In this document: positions 38,344-48,251 of the stretch, in pieces
How the letters are laid out: each line of letters begins with the position of its first letter
Position numbering within the stretch: position 1 is the stretch's first letter
Notes under the pieces: model-generated
What the model was told of the DNA's origin: nothing
What the model saw: the letters and a program-made list of their open reading frames with translations, nothing else
The model's database searches: none
Made by a program: the position numbers and the translations under genes
From: an uncultured Dehalococcoidia bacterium
Lineage (GTDB): Bacteria; Chloroflexota; Dehalococcoidia; Lucifugimonadales; UBA1127
DNA: 64,000 nucleotides
Direction: 5' to 3'
NCBI GenBank assembly: GCA_964625945.1
Contig: CAZVDP010000015.1
Location: forward strand, 202,542-266,541

Positions 38344-38573
38344 CCCCACACCTTCTCGAGCTCCAATTTTTGTACTCAAAGCCCCTCCTATTGCTAATCT
38401 CCCAGATTTAGTTAAAGTTTCACTGCTAATAGTAGAAAATATCAACAGATCTGCTTTGAAGTTTCTCATGCCAATGCTAAAATTGCTTTGACAAGCTGTC
38501 AACGTTGACTTAATGGCCAAGGCAAATTCGACGCCATCAATCTAGTCCCACTCCCGGCACTAGGCACAGAAGA

Positions 38574-40961
38574 ATGATATCTCTCTTATTCCGACAAATA
38601 GCCGCACTAATCATACTGATGACTCTCTTGACAGTGACGTGTCAAAAGTCAAACTCACCCGAACAGGCTGAAGTGATTTCCGAGCCACCCGCCAGACCGG
38701 CAACCAGCAGCGAACCAGTAACACCCAGAGGAGATTCCAACGTTGCGCACAGTGAGCCACCGGCACCAATACCAGAAACCCCGAACCCTTCCGTCAATGC
38801 ACCCCCTCCTGCAAAAGCCCCTAATCTCCAAGCCTTCGTACCACCCGGGTGGTACGGGCCATTGCTTATAACCAATCAACGAGATGCGTTTACCAGCACA
38901 TTGCTTTCAAGCGAAGATTCCGTGTACATCAGTTGGGCGATAAGCAATCAGGGTGAAATGTCCTCGGATCCATTCTTCGTTGACTTATTGCTCGATGGGG
39001 TTCCCATAGAGAGGTGGAGCACCGAAGGATTAGAACGTGGAGGGGCTCGACTCACGAGAGAATGGGAGAAAATCCACTTGCGTTCTCGCATTAGCGCTGG
39101 GAATCATCTGTTACAGATTATGGTCGATCCAACGAACCTCGTGAGTGAGTCCGACGAGAATGATAATTTATATTCTATCAAGTTTAACTGGCCACAAACA
39201 CCAGAAGATCGAAACACATCTAGTATTAGGGATTCCCGCCTACCGAACATAGTTCCTTACACCCCGCCAGGATGGGATTCCCCTATCCAAATTTCCTATC
39301 CTCCCTCCTCATCACCAGATGCCCCAAGAATCCGCATCGCCTATCGTAATAACGGTCTTTCCAGTGCCGTTCAACTGGTCCAGGTCCATCTCTATGTAGA
39401 TGGAATGTTGGTCGCAACCTTCCGGCAGCGTGACCTAATCGCTGGAGAAGCGGTGCTGACTCCGGCCTGGGCCGGCCTTGGCGAAATTATCCGTTACTCT
39501 CCTGGACGACACACGTTTAAAGTAGTGGTGGATCCAACCGATCTGGTATATGAAGCTGTTGAACAGGACAACGTATTTTCGACCATTAGTTCTCCAAACG
39601 ACCCCATGCCTGTACCTGCAACGACGGCTAAAACCTCGGATTCGATCTATTCAGCGTTTTCACCACCAGGCTGGAGTGGACCATTAGTTGTCACAAATAC
39701 CCCCGAGGCATTTCATAACATCGGACCACTAAATACATCCCTACAGGCTTATGTGCATTGGGCGATCCGAACGCCCACCACTCAAGCCTCGCCATCCCCG
39801 TACACCATCGAACTTTCTTTCAACAACGATATTATCAAAACGTGGTCACGGTTTGGAGAAGAAAGCAACTCCCTCGATTTCGAATTGGGTTGGCCGATAC
39901 CCTTAGATATTCCTTCCGGAACACACACATTTTCTCTGGCGGCTCGATATAGGAATGACTCCGGAAGAGAGACTTCCACCACAATAGCACGAACTGACCT
40001 ATTAGCGACTAACCGTCCCGCTCAGCCAAAAGTACAATCGTATTCAGCTCAAGAAATCCGTTCAAGGCTTGCGCTCTTAACACCATTACTGTCATCAAGT
40101 TCCGCGGACTCTAGTCAGGCCGACCAAGCACTAGGTGACGAGATCATCGATATCGTTGACGCTGTGTATTATTCCCTGTACGGCAAGAGTCTCGTTACGG
40201 AGCCGTTATCAATACACATTCTGTCCGATACGGACTACACATCCTGGACTCGTATCCACTGTATAGATTTATTACGGGATGCACCCGCTTCTCTTCTCAC
40301 GTACTATCAAGACAGTTGTCTGAATCTACAGAATATTATTGGGTTCACCCTTAAATGGAGAGGACAATATCATATTGTTGTACGCGGTGAACGCCCTCCC
40401 ATCCAAGTTCTCTCGACAATCTCACATGAACTTGGACATTTTCGGCAGGAAGTCATTAACCCGGACAAGACTATAGGGGTGCCCTCACACAATAGGATTG
40501 CGTTCCGTGAGGCTCAGGCTTACGCTTACCAAGTTTTCTTTCTCCGGACATTAGCAGATCTCACGGCGCAAGACCTTTTGTCATACCCTCTGCTAAATGG
40601 ATACAGCGATTTCATCGACCGCCAAATGGCCTCTTGGTTAACGAACATGCAATCTGACGAACACTCTGCAGGGCATATTATCCAGTGGTTAGCAGTACTT
40701 ACGGATCCCAACCTGCGGGCTGCAAGAACCGTTCTGCTAGAGAACCGAGCATTGACGACCGCAGCGGCTCAAGAGGTTTCCCAATACCTCGCTTTGTTCA
40801 CCGAAGGAGAAATTGATCAGTACGTGGCCGAATTGCTTGAAGGCGCTAGAATGCAACTATCGGCGATGTCATCCATAGCTCGATCTCGCCTCATTTCCGG
40901 ACTACCCTATTGGAATGAGGGTTCACCATATTTACGTGAAGTGGGATTGCTTATACCGTAA
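38574..40961 (+). CDS. Secreted/lipoprotein-like protein: three CARDB-like domains plus a C-terminal HExxH zincin-like domain
   Basis: Signal peptide ends in LLTVTC, followed by a Pro-rich linker. Three repeats of about 115-120 aa begin PPGWYGPLLITN, PPGWDSPIQISY and PPGWSGPLVVTN. The first two end VDPTNLVSESDENDN and VDPTDLVYEAVEQDN (CARDB-type ending). HELGH at 40425-40439 has a candidate third ligand in FREAQAY. Confidence 0.6.
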   Translation: MISLLFRQIAALIILMTLLTVTCQKSNSPEQAEVISEPPARPATSSEPVTPRGDSNVAHSEPPAPIPETPNPSVNAPPPAKAPNLQAFVPPGWYGPLLITNQRDAFTSTLLSSEDSVYISWAISNQGEMSSDPFFVDLLLDGVPIERWSTEGLERGGARLTREWEKIHLRSRISAGNHLLQIMVDPTNLVSESDENDNLYSIKFNWPQTPEDRNTSSIRDSRLPNIVPYTPPGWDSPIQISYPPSSSPDAPRIRIAYRNNGLSSAVQLVQVHLYVDGMLVATFRQRDLIAGEAVLTPAWAGLGEIIRYSPGRHTFKVVVDPTDLVYEAVEQDNVFSTISSPNDPMPVPATTAKTSDSIYSAFSPPGWSGPLVVTNTPEAFHNIGPLNTSLQAYVHWAIRTPTTQASPSPYTIELSFNNDIIKTWSRFGEESNSLDFELGWPIPLDIPSGTHTFSLAARYRNDSGRETSTTIARTDLLATNRPAQPKVQSYSAQEIRSRLALLTPLLSSSSADSSQADQALGDEIIDIVDAVYYSLYGKSLVTEPLSIHILSDTDYTSWTRIHCIDLLRDAPASLLTYYQDSCLNLQNIIGFTLKWRGQYHIVVRGERPPIQVLSTISHELGHFRQEVINPDKTIGVPSHNRIAFREAQAYAYQVFFLRTLADLTAQDLLSYPLLNGYSDFIDRQMASWLTNMQSDEHSAGHIIQWLAVLTDPNLRAARTVLLENRALTTAAAQEVSQYLALFTEGEIDQYVAELLEGARMQLSAMSSIARSRLISGLPYWNEGSPYLREVGLLIP

Positions 40962-40973
40962 CTGTCTCAATAA

Positions 40974-41456
40974 CTATTCAGAACTTTTCTCTCTCTGTCG
41001 ATGCCAATATTCCATACCCAGCCCGATAGCTACAAATATACCAGCGAAGACGATGTCACCGAGGTGCATAAATCCTATTCCAAGCCCGATTACTATTCCG
41101 TTGAGAAGCGCCCTAGTACGATGCCTCTTGATTAATCCGAAAACAGGAACCTGTGGAGCGTCGTTCACGTCACCCTCCCTAGTCGCAAGAGTGGTTTTAA
41201 TGTTGTACTCCCCTGGAGTTTGTGTCTCGCCAGGAGATACCTTTATGACTGAAACACTCGATTTTCTGACTCTCGAAAACCAGATGAAGCCGATTCTGGC
41301 GATTCCGACCACGATAACGCTGTAGATAATTACTTCAATCACGATACGCCTCGCTGACGGTGACTTGTAGGAGCATCTTACACTAACTGCATCACCGAGG
41401 AGAAACCGAATGACAGGCAATTCAAACCGAATAGATGTCGAGTGCACCGCGCACAC
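40974..41456 (-). CDS. Hypothetical small membrane protein downstream of the oadB-like gene
   Basis: GTG start 33 nt after the OadB-like stop. Two clear hydrophobic stretches (IVIEVIIYSVIVVGIARIGFIWF and LLNGIVIGLGIGFMHLGDIVFAGIFVAIGLGM). The overlapping plus-strand ORF 40915..41325 is Ser/Pro/Cys-rich junk. Confidence 0.45.
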   Translation of the reverse strand: MCAVHSTSIRFELPVIRFLLGDAVSVRCSYKSPSARRIVIEVIIYSVIVVGIARIGFIWFSRVRKSSVSVIKVSPGETQTPGEYNIKTTLATREGDVNDAPQVPVFGLIKRHRTRALLNGIVIGLGIGFMHLGDIVFAGIFVAIGLGMEYWHRQREKSSE

Positions 41457-41488
41457 ATAACTTCAACTCGTTCTCGAAGCATCTCTCC

Positions 41489-42607
41489 TCAAGAGAGTAA
41501 GCTTAACAATACCCCGGCAGCAACCGCTGATCCAATTACCCCAGCAACATTTGGCCCCATAGCATGCATAACCAAAAAGTTATCAGGATCAGCCTCTTGA
41601 GCTACCTTATGGACCGCCCTTGCGGACATTGGAACTGCTGAAACGCCCGCTGCCCCCAGCAAGGGATTAACGGTCTTTCCACTAACCACGTAGATAATCT
41701 TTCCAAATAAGACCCCCCCAGTAGTTGCCATAATAAACGCAAGCAAACCTACAGCAAATACCTTTAACGTCTCTATTTCTAGAAAGGTGTCCCCGGCCAT
41801 TGTGCTTCCAACAGTTAGGCCGAGTAGTATCGTTACAATGTTAATCATCTCATTCTGCGCAGATCCTGCGAGTCGCTCTGTAACTCCGCTTTCGCGGAGC
41901 AAATTCCCAAACATCATCAGTCCAACTAGGGGAACTGCCTGTGGCGCAAGAACACCAATAAGTAAGGTCGCCATGATTGGAAACATTATTCTTATTTCCC
42001 GCCTAACAGGTGCTAACTGACCCATCCGTACGCGTCGCTCTCCTTCAGTGGTAAGCAATCGCATGATCGGCGGCTGAATGATGGGCACCAAAGCCATATA
42101 GGAATATGCTGAAACCGCGATCGGTCCCCAGAGACTCTCGGGGGCCAGAAGGGTTGATACATAGCTCGCCGTAGGTCCGTCAGCCCCACCAATGACTGCG
42201 ATCCCAGCAGCTGTAGACAGATCAAAGCCTAACATTACGGCACCAATAAGTGCGCCGAAGATACCAATTTGGGCTGCGGCGGCTAGGAAGGCCACATAAG
42301 GCCTTTGTAGGAGACCGGAAAAGTCGGTGAGAGCTCCCAAACCGAGAAACATTAATAACGGGAAGGCCTTGGTTTCCATTCCTATTTTCTTTAAGAGATA
42401 AAATAACCCTCCATCCTCTACCAACCCCGAAAATAGATTTGCCAGAACAATCCCTGAGCCGATTGGGATAAGTAGCAGCGGCTCCATGCCTCTACTGACC
42501 GCGAGGTATATAAGAGCTAGCCCAATTACAATCATCCCAATCGTAGGCCAAATAAGGTGTATTTGGCCTAGCAAATCGGGGCCGAGGTTGATTTCACCGG
42601 TCAACAT
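41489..42607 (-). CDS. Na+-translocating decarboxylase beta subunit (OadB/GcdB/MmdB family)
   Basis: 372-aa polytopic protein with IGGADGPTASYV and MFGNLLRESGVTERL, as in this family. Preceded by an OadG-like gene. Confidence 0.82.
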   Translation of the reverse strand: MLTGEINLGPDLLGQIHLIWPTIGMIVIGLALIYLAVSRGMEPLLLIPIGSGIVLANLFSGLVEDGGLFYLLKKIGMETKAFPLLMFLGLGALTDFSGLLQRPYVAFLAAAAQIGIFGALIGAVMLGFDLSTAAGIAVIGGADGPTASYVSTLLAPESLWGPIAVSAYSYMALVPIIQPPIMRLLTTEGERRVRMGQLAPVRREIRIMFPIMATLLIGVLAPQAVPLVGLMMFGNLLRESGVTERLAGSAQNEMINIVTILLGLTVGSTMAGDTFLEIETLKVFAVGLLAFIMATTGGVLFGKIIYVVSGKTVNPLLGAAGVSAVPMSARAVHKVAQEADPDNFLVMHAMGPNVAGVIGSAVAAGVLLSLLS

Positions 42608-42646
42608 AATGGGAATCTCACATTGGAGAGGTTAATAAATTTTGCG

Positions 42647-43051
42647 TTACCGTCTCCACCCAATTCTGAAACTACCTTGTGTAGCCATAAGATCTCGCCT
42701 GCCTTGGACTCGCCAGAGAATTGAATCGGAGGCGGGTAGCGGCAGATTGATCCTTAAACCCATACTCGCAGCAGGTTCCATCGCCAAATACATCGTTGCC
42801 GCCAGAACAGCTATCTCCTCTAGCAAGTCATCTTCGTGCGGGGCCACCACTGCAGGGACTGTAGTCATAGGCTTGTCGATCGCCTCTATCTTTTGAATTT
42901 CGTATTTCTGATCAACAATTTTCTTCCGGTTACCCAATAACACAGTATAATCTAAAATTTTTATGACAATGAACAGAAGCAACAGGGCAACAAATACGAC
43001 ACCTAGACCAATGAACGATACCAACGCAGATTCTGCTAACGAGTCCACCAC
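42647..43051 (-). CDS. OadG-family decarboxylase gamma subunit-like protein
   Basis: Single N-terminal TM helix (LVSFIGLGVVFVALLLLFIVIKIL) and a later EEIAVLAATMYLAM segment typical of OadG. AGGAG lies upstream of the start. Confidence 0.65.
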   Translation of the reverse strand: MVDSLAESALVSFIGLGVVFVALLLLFIVIKILDYTVLLGNRKKIVDQKYEIQKIEAIDKPMTTVPAVVAPHEDDLLEEIAVLAATMYLAMEPAASMGLRINLPLPASDSILWRVQGRRDLMATQGSFRIGWRR

Positions 43052-43227
43052 GTCTCCTCTTGCTTCGGTCGTTGGCCACCGAAAGATCGTTTAGGCTGCC
43101 GAACGCCCCTGTAAAAGGGTAGCACGATCAGCAGGATCGGCATAGTTCAAGTGAATCAGGCTAACCACACGCCCTTATCCCATTCGTTAGAACAAAATCC
43201 AGTGGCCCGATAGATAGGTGAACGCAA

Positions 43228-44484
43228 TCACCGTCCCCAAGGCCACCACGCTCCAAGCTCGATATCCTGATCGGGGTAGAGACCGGAAAAAATTGGCGTA
43301 TGCTCATTCTTAATACGAGGCACCCCCTGGCCAGACACCTGAAGCTCCAAACGGCGGTCCCAATTTTCGTTCGGACTCAGTCCTTGAAGTTCCGTTTCCA
43401 AGGGTTCGATTCCTTTAGCTTGGACCAACACTTTGAAGGCGCCAAGTCCGTCCGGATTGAGCAGATTTAACATCCCAGAGCGATTCTTGAGATACTCCTG
43501 TTGCGTAAGTCTGGACACACCAGGTTGCCTCGCCGCGGACGATAATGCCCGCAAAAAGACTTTCGCTCCCAGATTCTCCAAAAAACAATGCTGCGACACG
43601 AGCCCAAGAGCTTTCAAGCCAACACGCTCTCCCGCTTCGGCAAGAGCAGAAAAATCAACGTGGGCGGTGATATCTTGCCGTCCCAAGCGTAGATATGGGT
43701 TATTGACTGTAGTATGCCTGTAATGACACTGTAAGGTTCCATTCGATCGATTGGCCCGATACAACTCTTGCTTCGTATCACCATAATCAACTGTCAAGAC
43801 AAACCCTTCACTCAGTACCGCTCCTAAAGAGTTGCTCCAAGCGTCTATGCCCAAGTTCACCTCCCCGCGGAATCCCTCCGGAAGATTGGCAGGTAGGCGT
43901 GAAATGAGTTTCGGGGTCGATGGTTTTTCAAGAATCTCGGTAAATGTATCGCTGCCTCGCTCATAGGTCACAAAAATTTCCTGAACTCTCCCTTCCTGCA
44001 CTTGGAATCTATGCACTGGAAACGCGTCAACCAGTTCGTTAGAGAGAATACATCCAACAAGTCTCTTAAATGGCAGACCAGAAGCCAACACTTTGTCGAA
44101 ATTTCCACCTTGTTTCGTCATGGCAGTGCCAATGTCGACAGCCACGTATCTCATTGCTTTCTGAAACTCACCGGGCAAATTGCCAACATAATCCAAGATT
44201 GAGCGTGCCAACAATCCGTTACCAGCTCCAACTTCGATAACCCAAAACTGTAGTGGCTTACCTAGGACCCCCCACATTTGCTCTAATTGCAGGCAGATGA
44301 GAGAACCGAACAATGGATGCGCGCTTGGGCTTGTATAAAAGTCCCCGCCCGCCCCGATGGGATCTGTCGAGGAATAATAACCAATTTTCGGAGAGAACAG
44401 AACGCGCGACATGAATTGTTCAAACGTGATTGGGCCTTCCTTAGTAATAACCTTTTGGATTAAGGATCCCATCTCATTCATCAA
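43228..44484 (-). CDS. MidA/NDUFAF7-like class I SAM-dependent methyltransferase (DUF185)
   Basis: ITFEQFMSRVLFSPKIGYY, GDFYTSPSAHPLFG, VIEVGAGNGLLARSIL. Confidence 0.8.
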   Translation of the reverse strand: MMNEMGSLIQKVITKEGPITFEQFMSRVLFSPKIGYYSSTDPIGAGGDFYTSPSAHPLFGSLICLQLEQMWGVLGKPLQFWVIEVGAGNGLLARSILDYVGNLPGEFQKAMRYVAVDIGTAMTKQGGNFDKVLASGLPFKRLVGCILSNELVDAFPVHRFQVQEGRVQEIFVTYERGSDTFTEILEKPSTPKLISRLPANLPEGFRGEVNLGIDAWSNSLGAVLSEGFVLTVDYGDTKQELYRANRSNGTLQCHYRHTTVNNPYLRLGRQDITAHVDFSALAEAGERVGLKALGLVSQHCFLENLGAKVFLRALSSAARQPGVSRLTQQEYLKNRSGMLNLLNPDGLGAFKVLVQAKGIEPLETELQGLSPNENWDRRLELQVSGQGVPRIKNEHTPIFSGLYPDQDIELGAWWPWGR

Positions 44485-44651
44485 TCTTAACCTCAGCTAA
44501 GTTTGCCAATGTGCATGGCGCCAAGGGCACAAAATTGCACGCGTTTAACTGTATCAACAACTAAATCGGAGTTCATGACCTTGAAAGGTGGTACCTCAAA
44601 CATGGTTACGCTATAATACACGTTTGTGCAATTTGCCATGGAGGACGGTGA

Positions 44652-45023
44652 TTGAATGCTCTAGGGGTACATCTCGTATTAGAACTTAAGGATTGTCCGG
44701 CCGACCTCCTAGACAATCTACATTTTGTTCAGCAGACACTATTGGATACAGCTCACTCAATGGGCGCTACTGTTGTCGGAGAAACCTTCCACAAGTTCGC
44801 TCCCCAAGGTGTCACCGGCGTAGTTGCTATCGCAGAGTCTCATATCTGCATTCATACTTGGCCAGAATACAACTATGCGGCCGTCGATATATTCTGCTGC
44901 GGAGATAGGGTAGACCCTCATATAGGGGCCCAGAACCTTATAACTAGGTTCGCTGCAGGCGACTCCTCAATCATAGAGTTAAAGAGGGGAGTACTTACAA
45001 CCACAGCCGACATCGTAAGGTAG
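44652..45023 (+). CDS. speH: S-adenosylmethionine decarboxylase proenzyme (small, pyruvoyl type)
   Basis: 123 aa. Self-cleavage/active-site motif AIAESHICIHTWPE. TTG start 6 nt after GGAGGA (44640-44645). Followed by speE. Confidence 0.9.
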   Translation: MNALGVHLVLELKDCPADLLDNLHFVQQTLLDTAHSMGATVVGETFHKFAPQGVTGVVAIAESHICIHTWPEYNYAAVDIFCCGDRVDPHIGAQNLITRFAAGDSSIIELKRGVLTTTADIVR

Positions 45024-45039
45024 TTCTAGAGAACCGCAA

Positions 45040-45972
45040 ATGAGTTCAAGCCACGTAGATGACCACGACAGCGATTGGCGTTACGAAGGCCTAAATGAAA
45101 ACCTGTATGTAGCTACCAAGGTCTCATCAACAATTTTTTCCGGAATAAGTCCTTTTCAACAGATTGAAGTCCTAGACACCCCCGGGCTAGGGCGTTGTCT
45201 GATTCTAGATGGCAAGACTCAGTCGGCGGAAGTGGACGAATTCATCTATCACGAGAGCCTCGTACATCCTGCTTTGCTTACACACCCCCATCCATCATCT
45301 GTATGTATCGCAGGCGGTGGAGAAGGCGCAACAGCAAGAGAGATCCTAAAACATTCTACAGTTGAAAATTTACTTATGGTTGATCTTGACCCAACAGTAG
45401 TAGAAGTTTGCCGCACGCACTTAGTTAACCTGCACCAAGGAGCATTCGAAGATGCCCGGCTGACGCTTCACTTTGGAGACGCGAGGGAATTCTTCGAAAA
45501 CTCAGACTATAAGTTCGACGTAATAGTGCTAGACCTTGCTGATCCCACTGAATCTGGACCAGCCGGCAAGTTGTACACTAAGGAGTTCTACACTCTTCTT
45601 GCCAAACGGTTAAACGCGGGAGGGGTGATAGTCACTCAAGCTGGTCCAGCTAGCGTAGTGAACCAACGGGAGGTATTCACCGCCATCTGCAATACTCTAA
45701 AACAAGTTTTTCCTGTTGTGTGCCCCTATACCGTTTCTGTCCAATCATTTGGAGAGAATTGGGGCTTCGCATTAGCCTTCTCGGAAACATCCATGACCAC
45801 AATCGCCCCGAAAGCCGTAGATGAACGCCTCGAATTCCGTAACGTGTTTGGCCTACGGTCATACGATAGCATCTCACACGGATCTCTTTTCGGCCTCCCG
45901 CCTTTCCTGCGTCAAGCGCTTGAGAGCGAAATGCGGATCATCACGGATGCCTCCCCCTTATTTATTTATTAA
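45040..45972 (+). CDS. speE: Spermidine synthase (polyamine aminopropyltransferase)
   Basis: LILDGKTQSAEVDEFIYHE, GGGEGATAREILKH, DLADP. 16-nt gap after speH. Confidence 0.9.
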   Translation: MSSSHVDDHDSDWRYEGLNENLYVATKVSSTIFSGISPFQQIEVLDTPGLGRCLILDGKTQSAEVDEFIYHESLVHPALLTHPHPSSVCIAGGGEGATAREILKHSTVENLLMVDLDPTVVEVCRTHLVNLHQGAFEDARLTLHFGDAREFFENSDYKFDVIVLDLADPTESGPAGKLYTKEFYTLLAKRLNAGGVIVTQAGPASVVNQREVFTAICNTLKQVFPVVCPYTVSVQSFGENWGFALAFSETSMTTIAPKAVDERLEFRNVFGLRSYDSISHGSLFGLPPFLRQALESEMRIITDASPLFIY

Positions 45973-46053
45973 TGGAAACTTCCTTTCCCTTTAGTGCTTT
46001 ATAATGTTTGCTGATAGGTGGAACCTGTTAGTTAAGCTAGAATCCCGCAGATT

Positions 46054-48243
46054 ATGAACGACGAACGTTTTCTTAATGGTCTAAATCCGGCTCAGCGAGA
46101 AGCTGTATCGCATATCGATAACCCTCTGCTAATCGTTGCCGGGCCCGGGAGCGGTAAAACCAGAGTCATCGTGCATCGAATCGCTTATCTCGTACAAACG
46201 GTCGGGATAAGCCCCTGGAGGATTTGTGCCGTCACCTTCACGAATAAAGCAGCCCGCGAACTAAAAACGAGGCTATCGCTACTACTGGGTCCGACGCAAA
46301 GTGGCCAGGTCGTTGCAAGTACATTTCATGCCCTCTGTTCCCGTATGTTAAGGGAGACCGGAACGGCTATAGGGCTAAGTCCCAATTTCACTATTTACGA
46401 TGATGATGATCAGATCGCCCTCATAAAACGCGCGTTCGAAGAGAATGACCTAGATCGACAACGTTTTTCTCTTCGCGCAACTCTCGCCGCTATATCACGT
46501 GCAAAGGCACAGCTCATCGACGTAGAAGGATATAAAGCCCAAGCGACTGCCTACTTCGAGCTTACAGTCGCGAAAATTTACGATACGTACCAACAGCTCC
46601 TAACCCGCAACAGCGCTGTAGACTTTGATGATCTTCTTGCGAAAACCTATCAATTGCTCAAGGATCACCCCGAGGTGCTCCAATCGTATCAAAAACGATT
46701 CCTGCATTTTCTCGTGGATGAATTCCAGGACACCAACATGGCACAATACTCCATCGCCAGACAATTAGCAGGCCACTGGCGGAATATCTGTGTAGTAGGG
46801 GATCCGGATCAATCTATCTATGCTTGGCGTAACGCCGACCTTCGTAATATCCTCAGTTTTCAGAACGATTACCCGGATGCCCACCTTATAACACTAGAAG
46901 AGAATTATCGGTCGACCCAAAACATACTAGACGCCGCCCAGGGGGTAATTGCAGCTAACACACAACGTATCGAGAAACGGCTGCTTTCAAACAAACCCAC
47001 TGGAGCACCCATAATAATCCATGAATCTTACACAGAAGGAGAAGAGGCGGCTTGGGTGATAGAAGAGGCAGAACGTCTGCGAACCCTGGAAGGACATCCT
47101 TATGGTGATATCGCAATTACTTATCGAGTAAACGCGCAATCAAGATCAGTAGAAGAAGCCTGCATTCGCTACGGAATTCCTTACCGACTAATCGGAACGA
47201 CACGATTTTACCATCGGCGCGAAATCAAGGATTTGATGGCGTACCTGAGGTTACTTGAGAACCCATCAGACGATGTAAGTGTGACTCGCATTATCAATGT
47301 GCCCCCTCGCCGTATCGGAAAACGAACTATCTATGAACTCACACAATGGGCACGCACACATAATACGCCTTTGTTACAGGCGATTAACCTTATTGCAGCG
47401 GATCGTACAATCAGTCCTACCATCCCCGATCAAGGTATATCGGCGCTTATTGAATTCTCTAAATTACTCAAGTCTCTCGCCGACAAGGCGAGAGACACGA
47501 CTGTCGCTGAACTAGTAGATTTCACAATCGAGCAAACCAAATACAGAACATTACTAGAAACACGAGATCAAGGAGAGGAACGCCTAGACAATATTTCAGA
47601 GCTACGTTCAGCCGCCAAAGAATTTGATCATTTCCCGATTGGAGAGGGTCTCTCAGCATTTTTGGAACGTGCAGCGCTGGTTTCTGAGATCGATAGCCTC
47701 GAAGAGGACGGTCAAGGCGTAACTCTAATCACTCTCCACCAAGCTAAAGGTCTCGAATTCCCTGTAGTGTTTATGATTGGCATGGAGGAAGGGTTGCTTC
47801 CCCATTTTCGCTCCCTCGACACCTCGGCAGAAATCGAAGAGGAACGTCGCTTATGTTACGTCGGCATGACACGAGCAAAGGAACGACTTTATCTCGTACG
47901 GGCATTTCGCAGATCTCTCATGGGAGTTTCTGGAGCCACTGTCCCTTCAAGATTCCTCGAAGAAATCCCCAAACAACTAATAATGGGTGCACCGCACGAG
48001 AGACGCCAGGCTCCAACTACCACGCCTGCTCATAGACTGGCAAGCCATACGAAACCTCAGCAGTACCCGCAGGATGGCGACCGAGTGATGCACCAAGCCT
48101 TCGGTGAAGGGGTTGTAATGAGATGTATCCCACGAGGACAAGACTGGGAAATAACTGTGGCATTCAAAACAAGCGGAGTAAAGAGACTATTGGGCTCTAT
48201 CGCAGGCTTAGAGAGGATCGCCGAAGACAAGGATAATTCATAG
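46054..48243 (+). CDS. pcrA: ATP-dependent DNA helicase PcrA/UvrD (SF1)
   Basis: Motif I AGPGSGKTRV, motif II VDEFQDTN, GDPDQSIYAWRNA, LEENYRS, ITLHQAKGLEF, CYVGMTRAKERL. Confidence 0.92.
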   Translation: MNDERFLNGLNPAQREAVSHIDNPLLIVAGPGSGKTRVIVHRIAYLVQTVGISPWRICAVTFTNKAARELKTRLSLLLGPTQSGQVVASTFHALCSRMLRETGTAIGLSPNFTIYDDDDQIALIKRAFEENDLDRQRFSLRATLAAISRAKAQLIDVEGYKAQATAYFELTVAKIYDTYQQLLTRNSAVDFDDLLAKTYQLLKDHPEVLQSYQKRFLHFLVDEFQDTNMAQYSIARQLAGHWRNICVVGDPDQSIYAWRNADLRNILSFQNDYPDAHLITLEENYRSTQNILDAAQGVIAANTQRIEKRLLSNKPTGAPIIIHESYTEGEEAAWVIEEAERLRTLEGHPYGDIAITYRVNAQSRSVEEACIRYGIPYRLIGTTRFYHRREIKDLMAYLRLLENPSDDVSVTRIINVPPRRIGKRTIYELTQWARTHNTPLLQAINLIAADRTISPTIPDQGISALIEFSKLLKSLADKARDTTVAELVDFTIEQTKYRTLLETRDQGEERLDNISELRSAAKEFDHFPIGEGLSAFLERAALVSEIDSLEEDGQGVTLITLHQAKGLEFPVVFMIGMEEGLLPHFRSLDTSAEIEEERRLCYVGMTRAKERLYLVRAFRRSLMGVSGATVPSRFLEEIPKQLIMGAPHERRQAPTTTPAHRLASHTKPQQYPQDGDRVMHQAFGEGVVMRCIPRGQDWEITVAFKTSGVKRLLGSIAGLERIAEDKDNS

Positions 48244-48251
48244 TCATAATA

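Noticed and set aside
44581-44617. TTGAAA (44581) plus TATAAT (44612) as the speH promoter
   Set aside because: The hexamers are 25 nt apart, too far for a sigma70-type promoter. The TATAAT may still be a -10 element, but it lacks a TG extension or a properly spaced -35.
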